64,000 nt of DNA from Octopus bimaculoides (taxonomy: Eukaryota): assembly GCF_001194135.2 (NCBI RefSeq), contig NC_068983.1:64020404-64084403 (forward strand). Direction: 5' to 3'. The notes beneath the pieces were generated by a model. The model did no database searches and was not told the DNA's origin. It was given only the letters and a program-made list of their open reading frames with translations. This document shows, piece by piece, positions 50,140-60,894 of this stretch. How positions within the stretch are numbered: position 1 is the first letter of the stretch; each line of letters starts with the position of its first letter. The position numbers and the translations under genes were made by a program.

Positions 50140-51477
50140 AAATAAATAAATTCAAGAATGGATGTTGTTTTCACAGCGATAATGCTCTTCTCAGTACATG
50201 AGTTTTTCCAGTTAACGCGATTTTTTGCACTACTTGCATGGATGGTAAGCCTGGTATCATTTTCAAATAAGTTTTAGTACCTTTTTGTATCATTCCTAGA
50301 GATCCTACAATCACTGGTACGGTAGTCGCCTTGAGATGCCACATTTTTTCAATTTGTATTAGCAAGTTTTTATTTTGGTCATCTGCTGGTATTGACACAT
50401 CAATTAGAAAGCATTTTTTTCTTTCGTGATCTTTGACACCTATATCTGGTCTATTGGCCTTTATTTCTCTATCTGTGTGTATTGGCATATCCCAGAGTAT
50501 GGCTGCTTTTTCGTTTTCTGTGACTTTTTCTGGCGTGTGTTTATACCATCTTTTTTCCATTGTTATTCCATAGTGTTGGCATAGCTTTCAGTGTATATAG
50601 GTCCCAGCTCTGTCGTGTCTGTGAATATATTCCTTCTTAGCCAGGACTGGGCAGCCAGAGATAATATGATTCATTGTTTGTTGTCCATCGCCACATATTC
50701 TGCAGTTACTTGTTATGTTTCTTTTCATTATATGTTTTTGGTAAAATCTGGTAGGAAGGCTTTGGTCTTGTGCAGCAATTAAAAATCCTTCAGTCTCTGC
50801 TTTGAGTCCTGGACTTCTCAACCATTGCTGAGATTTTTCTCTGTCAATTTCTTTTGCATTTAGTTTAGCCCAGTATTTACCAAGTAGGGGCTTTTCTTGC
50901 CATCGTTTTATCATGGTTGGTTGCTGTTCTAGTTTTTGTTTGGATTTTATTTGTTTTATAGCTTCTTCTTCTTCTTCTTCTTCTTCTTCTTCTTCTTCTT
51001 CTTCTTCGTATTTATTAGGTAATATGATTTCTTGTTATTATTTGTCACCTTCCTTAAATACTGAAAACAGTATTTTGTTTTGCTCGTTTTTTTTGTGGCT
51101 ATTTGTATTAGTTTTCCTTGCTTCTGAAGTAGGTATTTTTGCAGTCTTATGGTGGCTATTTTATAATAGTTTTCCAGCTGTATAATACCCCTACCACCTT
51201 TTCTACGTTGTATATATAGCCTTTCTATGTCAGATTTTTGGTGGTGCATCCTAGATCCTGTCATTATGCTTCTTGTTTTCCTGTGTATTTTAGATAGTTC
51301 GTTTAGTGTCCAGTTAAGGATATTGTAGCTGTAACTTATAACTGGGACGGCTAAAGTGTTAATACCTATTATCTTGTTTTTAGCATTGATCTCTGATTTT
51401 AGTATTGATCTAACTCGTCTATAGTACTCTTTCTTTATTTTTTCTTTCATTTGTATGCGTTGTATCCTATCTAGTTC
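50140..51477 (-). mobile_element. R4/Dong-like RLE LINE, young 5'-truncated copy (post-RT to 3' end)
   Basis: ORFs 50956-51450 (INAKNKIIGINTLAVPVISYS...ERLYIQRRKGGRGI), 50588-50914 (WQEKPLLGKY...AAQDQSL...CRICG...HIISGC...RHD) and 50171-50560 (ILWDMPIHTDREIKANRPDI...LIDVSIP). The 3' tail is (TTTA)n and the 5' junction is at (TAA)n, 51478-51500. Confidence 0.95.
50963..51007 (-). repeat. (GAA)15 microsatellite inside the LINE ORF, in frame (poly-Glu)
   Basis: Minus strand ...AAT AAA TAC (GAA)15 GCT ATA AAA CAA ATA AAA TCC... reads NKY-E15-AIKQIKS...MIKRWQEK. Confidence 0.9.
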
Positions 51478-51533
51478 ATTATTATTATTATTATTATTAT
51501 TCTGTCCCCTTTCTTCTTCTTCTTCTTCTTCTT

Positions 51534-51564
<31 letters not shown>

Positions 51565-52207
51565 TCATTATTATTGCTGTTGTTATTGTTATTGTTGTTG
51601 TATTAAAGCACACAGCTTATATTGCTAGGTGTGATGGAAAGTGTCAGCTGTCCTCACCCAGCAGACTAAGGTGATAGCGACTAAGGCTCATACGTTCGAC
51701 AAGACTGTCCTCTTCTTTTGTCACACGCCGATTTCCACCGCTATAGCTGACATGCAATTTCTATTTTCTGCGCATAATACAGAATTCAGTAAATGATGCT
51801 GTCAAGAAACGTTCCTTTCTTCGCCCTTTTTCACCTTCATTTTGGCAATTTTAATCCTTTCGTGTCCATCATTCATATCCCGCTTTCAAGATTATTTCTA
51901 CAGCAATTCTAAAAGGCCCTATTTTGACAACAGTAGATAACTTTCCTATCCATTTCAGGGACATCATGTTGGTTACTGACCATACAAATTCTACTCTTAT
52001 GCAAAATAAATCATTCGAATCACTTTCAAATATACATACACCATCATGTATCTGCATAGCTTACTTCCTTATTACAGTTTCTCCATGCTAATTTCTAAGT
52101 AATATTTTTAGTTACTGTCATTTTCAATTTTCATTAAACATCATGTTTCGACATATGCAAATTGAAAGCTACTACAACATAGAAAAAATACTATACATCC
52201 AGATCTG

Positions 52208-52971
52208 ACCGTGTGTTAAGCCACTTGCTTTTAAAACACACTGTTTAGGGTTCAATCCCATTGCATGGCATCTTAACAAGGTGGCACCTTATGCAATTGT
52301 CTTCTACGATAGGCTCGGGCCGACCAAATCCTTTCACAAGGATTTGGTAAACGGAGACGGAAAGCAGCCTGTCCTATATATGTATGTATATAGTAATTTT
52401 CTGCATTTTCGTGCAGCTGAAGATTGCTCTTCATATTGCATTTAATGTAATGCTCGCATTACTTAAATAAATTGGAGTAGCATGAAACGTGCGTACTGCA
52501 ATTGCCTTTGAAATCCGTGTTGCTTATTTNNNNNNNNNNNNNNNNNNNNNNNNNNNNNNNNNNNNNNNNNNNNNNNNNNNNNNNNNNNNNNNNNNNNNNN
52601 NNNNNNNNNNNNNNNNNNNNNNNNNNNNNNNNNNNNNNNNNNNNNNNNNNNNNNNNNNNNNNNNNNNNNNNNNNNNNNNNNNNNNNNNNNNNNNNNNNNN
52701 NNNNNNNNNNNNNNNNNNNNNNNNNNNNNNNNNNNNNNNNNNNNNNNNNNNNNNNNNNNNNNNNNNNNNNNNNNNNNNNNNNNNNNNNNNNNNNNNNNNN
52801 NNNNNNNNNNNNNNNNNNNNNNNNNNNNNNNNNNNNNNNNNNNNNNNNNNNNNNNNNNNNNNNNNNNNNNNNNNNNNNNNNNNNNNNNNNNNNNNNTTCT
52901 AACAAAACTGTCCGATGAACGGGAACATGAAACTCAGAGTAACAGTTTTTTTGTTATGTTTCTGCTGCTTA

Positions 52972-53015
<44 letters not shown>

Positions 53016-53250
53016 GTGATGTTTGTATGTGTGTGTATGTGTTTTTGTCAGTATTTGTTTCTCACTCCACCGCTTGACAACCGGTGTTGGTATGCTTCTG
53101 TCCCCTTTATTGGCGGTTCGGCAGGAGAAATGCATAGAATAATGACCAGGCTTTAAAACATATAAATAGTGGGGTTCATGTATTCGACTAAAAAGTTCTT
53201 CAAGGCGATGTAGCTGCATGACCACAGTCTAATGAATGAAACAAATACAT
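52208..53250 (+). mobile_element. SINE family 1 copy split by an insert (~52393-52972, spanning gap 9)
   Basis: The 5' half (GGGTTCAATCCC...CTCGGGCCGACCAAA...GGATTTGGTAAACGG) ends at a TA-rich tract. The 3' half (CCGCTTGACAACCGGTGTTGG...ATTCGACTAAA...ATGAAACAA) resumes after (TA)n. Confidence 0.75.
52412..52500 (+). ncRNA. Type I hammerhead ribozyme with long stem II insertion, intact core
   Basis: UGCAG-CUGAAGA-U-UGCU...(~50 nt)...AGCA-U-GAAA-CGUGCG-UA-CUGCA. Stem I is a perfect 5 bp, the core is CUGAAGA plus GAAA, stem III pairs A-U/C-G/G-C around a 2-nt loop, and the triplet is GUA (cut after 52495). Confidence 0.75.
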
Positions 53251-53764
53251 ATAAAAAAAGAAAAGATATTTAGGTGATGCAAATATTTCATTCGTATCAG
53301 TTTTGTGGTTATGCGTCGTTACAATGTTAGTAGTTTCCTATTATTTCTCTTCGTCATAACCTAACTGTAGTTTATAACCTTGATGGCAGACATATTTATA
53401 ACTAATATCTCATTTCTAGCAGATAATTCAATTTCTATTATTAGGTAAATTATGTCAGTACACTTTTCTAATTTTCTCTTTCAATTCTGTCTCTGGTTTA
53501 TTAACAGCTTCCTATAATCGCTATTGCTTCGTCGAGTAGTTCAGATTTAGCGTTCTATGATTTCGCCTAATTAAATATTCTCATTTTATGTGAACTTACT
53601 CTTTTGTGTTGAAGTTTTGGAACATTTATCTAATCCTATCAAAGCATTCTTATGTTTTAGTAGGCATTCTTCTTCGTCATTTTCTCCTCCTCCTCCTCCT
53701 CCTCCTCCTCCTCCTTCTTCTTCTTCTTCTTCTTCTTCTTCTTCTTCTTCTTCTTCTTCTTCTT

Positions 53765-56400
53765 TGGCCATTAAAATAAATACACCATATTGTTCATTTA
53801 CAGAGTCAGGTCATAGAAAATTGCAGAAGAAAGACAGCAAAAAGAACGAAAAAAGAAAAAAAGAAAAAAGGTAACAAAGAAGATAAAGGGGAAAGGGAAA
53901 GCAAATTTACAGTGACACTGCTCTTCTCAATACGTATGACATACAAGTTAAGACAATCTTTCTCACTTCGTGCTTTGATGGCAAGCCAGGGATCATCCTC
54001 AAATAATTTTCAGTTCCCTTTTCAATCAATCCAATTGCTCCTACAATCACTGGTGTTGTAACCGTCTTGAGATACCGCATGTTTTCGATTTTAGATCTGC
54101 AAATCTTTATATTTTGGGGGCTTATCAAATTGTTTTCCCGAAATATTATGATCGCAAGGTAAACTCACGTTAATCAATAAGCAGATTTTATTGCTTTGGT
54201 CTTTTTCAACAATATCTGGTTTATTAGCTTTGATGGTCTAATGTGTATAAACTGGAAAGTCTCAAAGAATCGTTACATTTTCTTTCCAAATTTCAGCTTT
54301 GGTGTGGTGCTTGTACCATTTGTCATCAGTTTTGATTTTATAATGCCGACATATTATCTGGTGTAAATATTGGGTAATTTTATCATGTCTTGGTTTATAC
54401 TCTACTGGTGCTAAATCCATAAACTCAACGATTAGGTGGTCCACTGTTTCAATCTCATCGTTGCAGTATCGGTGCTTCGGGTCTACTCCACTTTTCATCA
54501 CATTGTTACTTCCGAGCCTATAAGCTCTGATCTTGAGCATCTGAGATAAAGCGCTCACTCTCTGTCTTTATCCCTGAGCCCCATAGCCACGGATGAGTGT
54601 GTTCCTGGTCCACATCAGCTTGTTTGCTACGGGTCATATATTTGTCACGCAGAGGTTTTTGTTCCCACCTATTTGCCAATTGTTCAAGTACATTTTGCTT
54701 TGCCATTGATGTCACATTTTTTACAACAATCGTTGACGCACTTCCATCATGGTGTTCAATATGGATATTATGCATGAACCCATTAGCAAATTTTTATTTT
54801 CCTTCATGACAGAATGAAGCTTCTTATGTCTATCGTGGTTCTCAACTTATTTTAGCATCCAGTCGTTAGATGTTTCAGGATATTTGGCCAGTCTACTTGT
54901 GGTGGTTTTGTAAGAGATTTCAAATTCGATCAAACCTCAACCTCCTTGGGCTCTGGGAAGGTAAATACGATGTGCGTCTCCCTTTGGGTGGTGCATCTTC
55001 TTGCTTGTCAGCAGCTTACGGATTTTCTAGTCAATTTTCATTATTTCGCTCATATTCCAGTTCGACACATCAAAACTGTAAATAACAAGTGGGACTGCTA
55101 AGAAATGTTTGCCCAACACCTTGTTACGTGCATTTAACCGAGATTTTAGAAATGCTCGAACTCTCTTGTAACATGCCTTCCTGATCTTCTCTTTTATGCT
55201 TGCATGCTGAATGCCTTTGTTCCTGCTGAAGTACTTTTATAACTGTGTCAACATATATCACCACTGAATGTGAGGTCTTCAATTCCGCTTTCTGGAAAGT
55301 GGCGTTGACACATTTATCAAGACCAAGTTCCATCCCGATGTCATCACTGAATGCTTTCACAGTACGCAATAGACCTTCAAGCTCATTATCGTCTTTGCCA
55401 CAGAGTTTTAAGACATCCATATAAAACAGAGGGCTTATTTTCTTGTCAATACCCATACCCTGTTCTAGTCAGTTCACTTGTAAGGGGTATTAGGGTTATG
55501 CAAATAGTTGAAAGACTTAAAAGGGAGTCACTTTGGAATATGTCACAGTAGATATTAATACTGTTTGTAGGTATAATTGGAGATTCTTATTCCTCACTGA
55601 CATGTGCTTCAGAAAGTCTGAAATTACAGGAGAAATTATCAAGATATCCAGTGATCTCAAGGTCCATGAATGAAGTGTGCTGTCAAAGGTCTTTTTTATA
55701 ATTAATTCATGCGGAACTAAGATTTCTCTGCATTATGACAGTTCTGAAGGATCATGCAATTGATTAGGAGTTGAGCTTTGCATCTATATGAGTTCCATCT
55801 GTACCCTTTTTGTTCAGTGTGAAAATATCGTTCTGTTTTATAAAAGTGTATCATTTATTCACGTAGATAAATATTAAAATCTTATACGCGGGAGATAGGC
55901 AGGTTATGGTCCGACAGATTTGGGAAAATTCTGTTTCATTATTCTTTGGAAGTTGGTAAGTAATAGCACTTGGGAACCACTCAGCTATAATTAGCAGGAC
56001 TAACTGTTCCTGTGCGCACGGGAGCAATGCGAGCCACAAATTTGGCTCCCATCTTTACCAGATTTTTACTTATTAGCCTTCGTATTTGTAATCATAATGT
56101 CTGTTATTATGATGTCTTCTCATACTTGTTGTGGTAAATTTTGGTAGGATCCTTCTGTGCGTCTAATCCTGTCTACGTTTTCAACGTATGTCTTTTCATC
56201 ACTCCAAATATTTTTTCCAAATTTTTGTTTGCTCATAGGCATACAACTGATTTCAATTGTTTATCAGATGCATCATAATTTTAATCTGACTCAGTGGGAT
56301 TAAGTTTTCGTTCTTTTATATTTTATTCTTTTTGCAAAGCTGCCAATTTGAAATTGTTTATTAATTTGGGTAGTACTTGAGAGTTTATGAAGTGGTTCAC
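53765..56400 (-). mobile_element. R4/Dong-like RLE LINE, decayed and near complete from pre-RT to 3' UTR
   Basis: RTITCLSPAYKIL (55851-56039), ISPLFYMDVLKLCGK...GMELGLDKC (55124-55456), WEQKPLRDKY...DAQDQSL (54518-54775), CRYCNDEIETVDH-like plus RHD (54262-54558), and TPVIVGAIGLI...YVLRRAVSL (53907-54128). The 3' end abuts (GAA)n(GGA)n at 53685-53763. Confidence 0.92.
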
Positions 56401-57335
56401 CATCATGCTTATCTACATGTCTTACAGCAGCAGTATTCATCGTTAGTGAGCTCTGATGCCGCCGTAGTCTCTATCATTGCAGCCAACCTTTGTAACCGTG
56501 GCAACGGTGTAGCCGTTATCATAGTTGTTATGAGCTGCTACAGAGCTGCTCCTACTACTATGTAATATTATTAAATATTGTTTAGTTTTGACTTTGTACT
56601 TGAGATAATCATAAGTACGTGTGACATGGCAGTGGATAGTAGGAAGAAGAGAGAAGCATTTTGGTGGACACAGTGAAATACCACCAGTCTGTAATAAGAT
56701 GCAGCAGATGGTGACCAGGAGATGAACAATGGGGCGTGCCATTCCTGTGTGAGCAAAAAACAGAAGTGGAGATCAAATATGTGTTAACTGCCACAGTGAT
56801 CATTGGGCGCGGTGACCTTGGAAGGCATCAAATGACCTTGTTCTGTTTTCATCATTAATAGAGAAAATCATATATATATATATATAATACTAATAATATA
56901 TGAGTATATGCGTGTATACGTACATGTATGTACAAACCTACATCTACATGTATATATAGTTGCATATATAGGTATAAGACGTAGCAAGAAAACGTGGACG
57001 AAATGATAAACAGAATACAGAAAACACACAGGCCACATAGAGAACATTTCTTTCATCAGCTGCCACCATTCTAAAACTAAGAGTTTCGAAGAGTTATATA
57101 TATATATATATATATATATATACTACAACAACTACTACAACTGTTGCTACTACTAATAATAATGGATATGCTCAATTGGTTAATGTCAAACAACTGACAA
57201 GAAAATCTGTGGTACTGAGCAAAGTCTTTCTTCCAGCACACCTTTTATACCAAGAAAAAAAAACAATGTACATAATAACACTTCCAATCAATTAAGAAGA
57301 AAAGCCATGTTAACCACTGCATGCTACTGCATCAC

Positions 57336-57537
<202 letters not shown>

Positions 57538-57884
57538 ACACCCACATTTTGTTCTTGTACGTACGTACCTGCGGTGTGTCACACTTACTTCAAAGTGGCG
57601 AAGCGGGAGAGAGGACAGAGAGGAAGTGAATGATAAAGAGAGAAAGAGTGAAAGAGAGTGAAAGAGACAGTAAGTGGTGACGCATTTCGTTTGCGTTTTT
57701 AAATGTTTATCAGAATTTTCAGAGTAGACTGATACATATATCCCAAGAAAAGTAGAAACATAGATCGAAAGAAAAGTTGATACATAGATACATAGACACA
57801 TTGTTAATACAACAAATATTGGATGACAATTTGACTTATCATTACCACACGAAGATAAAATTAACTCGCAAGTGACTGAGTACT

Positions 57885-58545
57885 CCATAAACATGCGTGC
57901 CATTAACATAGTTCTTAGAGAGATTCAGTCTCACACAGAACATGCCAAAGCTGGCCCCTTTGAAGTGAAGCTACATCTCATTTTGGTCGGCTGAGTGGAC
58001 TGGAGCAAGATAAACCACCAAGAGGTTTGAAGAAAACGAAGAAAATCCTATTTACGAGCAGAAAAATCTTTCAAATCTTTAGGGTCCCTGTGAGTGTTAA
58101 TTCGGTCCTAGCAGCGGCATTTGTGGGTGTCACAGATCTGGAGGCCAAGCCCCTCCCCCAGGTAAACACTGGATGCGCTGGTTGTTGTTATCAAACTGAG
58201 CTTGAGTTGAGCGCGAATACACAGCGGAATAGCAAATATTTCGTCTCAGTTTTCACTGCTTATACTAAACACGACATTTTTGCTTTATGATAGGGGAACT
58301 TTCCTTTTCTTTTACTCATTAAAAAAAATTGCACTCTGTCGGTTATGACAATAGGGTTCCTATTTATCTGATCAACGAACAGTTTGCTCGTAAAATTAAT
58401 GCGCACGTAGCTGAGTATAACATAACGTAGTTCTCAGGGAAACTCAGCCTCACACAGAATGTCACAAGGCTGGCCCTTTTGAATTACAACTACAACACAT
58501 TTTTGCCAGGTGAGTGGACTGCAACAAGGTGAAGTAGAGTAGCTT
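57885..58545 (-). mobile_element. Two fragments of the OR-like SINE superfamily (57885-58010 and 58330-58545)
   Basis: GGCTGGCCCTTTTGAATTACA...GTAGTTCTC...TGCTCGTAAAATTAATG...GCACTCTGTCGGTTATGAC is a diverged reverse complement of 3250-3425. Confidence 0.7.
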
Positions 58546-58699
58546 ACTTTTTTTCATACAAAAACTAATGCAGATTTCGAACGGAGTATAGCTGTAAAAA
58601 AAGGCCAGAAAATTGGGTAATACACTACAAAATGGGTGGGGAGAAAAGTTGCCAATAGTTAGCTACACGAAATCCAACTCTGTAATTTAAAGAGTGTTT

Positions 58700-58755
58700 T
58701 CTAATATAACGTTGGGCCGACCGAAGCCTCGTGAGTGAATTTTATAGACGGGAAC

Positions 58756-58810
<55 letters not shown>

Positions 58811-58980
58811 TGTTTGTGTGTGTGTGTGTGCGTGTGTGTGCGTGTGTGTGTGTGTGGTGTGTATGTGTGTGTCTGTGGCTTGAAAACCGAAGTTGGTGTG
58901 TTTTCGTCTCCGTAACTTAGATCTTTGGCAGAAGGGTTTGATAGAATAAGCACCAGGCTTACATGGAATAAGTCCAGGCC
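58700..58980 (+). mobile_element. SINE family 1 partial copy
   Basis: GGGCCGACCGAAGCCTCGTGAGTG...(TA)n(TG)n...GTTGGTGTGTTTTCGTCTCCGTAACTTAG...GATAGAATAAGCACCAGGCTTAC. Confidence 0.8.
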
Positions 58981-59262
58981 TATAATTGTTTCCTTTGTAG
59001 CATCTTCTTTAGCTGCAACTTCGTTCCCTTTATCCCTTACTTAATATTAATTTGTTCAATCTCTAATTCAGTTAGTAATTTCTTTCTCATGATGTTTCTT
59101 CTGTCGTTTGCATGTTTGTTACTGCCAATGTAGGATTTTACTTTACGGTGCTCCTCTCTCCAGTTTAGTTAAGTTTGTTCAGTATTAGATTTATTAGTGG
59201 GGAAATACATGGAATAATAGAAAACCGTATGAACTTCTTTATTATTATTATTATCATTATTA

Positions 59263-59342
<80 letters not shown>

Positions 59343-59384
59343 ATTATTATTATTATTATCATTATTATTATTGTTAGTATTACT

Positions 59385-59700
59385 TTCATTATTTTCCATT
59401 TCCTTTCCTTACCGGCTGCCTTCCTGACACCTAGGGCAGAGAAACGACTGTATACATTTAAAGGCCATTAAAATTATCATAGCAAATTGTTCATTTACAA
59501 AGTGAGCTGATTGAAAAAGGGAAGGAAGACAGAGTGACCAAGGAAAAATATAAAAGTAAACAAAGAAAATAAAAAGCAAAAAAAAAGAATGAAAATTCAC
59601 AGCGACAATGTTTTTCTCAATACGTGTGGCGTACGAGTTTGTACAGTCCTACATGGGTGGTAAGCCATGGATTATCTTGTCATAGTATTCTTGCAATAAA
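59385..59700 (-). mobile_element. Very short 3' end of an R4/Dong-like LINE, abutting (TAA/CAA)n at 59240-59375
   Basis: Minus strand ...GGCTTACCACCCATG...CACGTATTGAGAAAAACATTGTCGCTGTGA is homologous to the ORF ends at 50171 and 53907 (GLP...HVLRxxLSL*). Confidence 0.75.
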
Positions 59701-60169
59701 AAGGGTGTTTACATTCTCGCATATTCAGTTAGAAAGGAAACGGAAGAATAGACGGGTAGATTTTCATAGAAAATTGTAGATATTAAAGTTTTAACATTTT
59801 CAAAAGACGTTCGTTTGTATGACTGAACAGAGAAAACTCTAGCATTCTGACGATAAAAGGTATGTCAAATTTTTCGAATATTCGGGGAGAATGGAAAGGG
59901 TAGGTATTCACAGAAGTTGTAAATGTCAATATGTTTTAAAATGTTTAAAGATGATCGCTTATATGTTCGTCCAGAGAAAATTGTAAATATGTAGATATGT
60001 TTCTAAAAGTATTTTAGGGCTATTTTTAAATTGTAGATGTTCCAGGTTTTGAAAGTTACTTTTCAGTTGTTCTGCTGAATTGTATTAATGTTTTTGTGTC
60101 TTCGGCTCCTGACTGGTCAGCGTAGCGAAGAACACGCCCAACCGCTGTTAAGGTTAGTGCTCTTCTTCA

Positions 60170-60226
<57 letters not shown>

Positions 60227-60720
60227 GTGTTTTTGTTGTTGCTATTGTTTTTTTGTTGTTGTTGTTGTTCTTCTTATTGGCTGTCAAGGCTAGCGCTGAA
60301 ACTTGCAACTAATATTATTTCTAACTTCCTATTCTGTTATTAGCAAATTACTAACATTGACGTTCATTATTTTCCATCCAGACCATTTTTATGTACCTTT
60401 GAATGCTGGAAGCAAATTGTTTTCATATGAATGAAGACGGGTACTTTTGCAGATGGAAAAATTACGTCAGTTAATAAATGGTAAAAATCAGCTGAAATCG
60501 GGCTAAGCAAATGGTGTGAGAGAGCAGTGAGAAAATTAAGTATATGCTTTTGTGAGGTATTAGTATATACCTTGATGTATTTAAATATTGCATTTATACT
60601 CGGTACTCTTTAGATGACCGTAGATGGTATATACAAGTAGAAATCTCTTATCTCTGCAAGAAATAAATATTACATGAATAAACTAAAGAAAAATAGAAAT
60701 AGCATTTGAACTTGAAACAG

Positions 60721-60894
60721 TTGATTACTATATAACGGCTTTACCATTAAATAAATGCCACGTGACATGGAAATATTTTGATGAGCAAGATAGGTTATCG
60801 GATGACAGAAGCGGAAATTGCATCTCTTACCAATATAGTTATGCTGTAATGCGTGATGATTTTACTGCTCCAGAAGATGAGATCAAGATGAATC
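60721..60894 (+). CDS. Possible isolated coding exon (174 nt, phase 1-1), weakly fibronectin-type-III-like
   Basis: AG|TTGATTAC...AATC|GTATGT lies within an 84-codon stop-free frame (60687-60938), giving DYYITALPLNKCHVTWKYFDEQDRLSDDRSGNCISYQYSYAVMRDDFTAPEDEIKMN. The acceptor is weak and no partner exons were established. Confidence 0.25.

Larger units (their letters stand above)
120..52896. other. Nine assembly gaps (N runs): 120-885, 13667-13950, 14833-15292, 19367-19907, 28030-28228, 36358-37023, 38190-38360, 42418-42738, 52530-52896
   Basis: Directly visible N runs. All but the last have (TA)n or TA-rich sequence on at least one side. ORFs containing X in the track are artefacts of these gaps. 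Confidence 0.99.

Noticed and set aside
57030-57095. CTGATGA and an upstream GAAA on the minus strand between (TA)n runs (possible type II HHR)
   Set aside because: No stem I or stem III pairing could be built.
58083-58161. GC-richer 79-nt segment with AG/GT boundaries (VPVSVNSVLAAAFVGVTDLEAKPLPQ)
   Set aside because: It lies between two SINE fragments and could equally be a transposon terminus. No recognisable peptide.
60067-60480. Candidate exons 60067-60152 and 60382-60480 upstream of the FN3-like candidate
   Set aside because: Both have stops in the frames needed to join, and the phases are not consistent.
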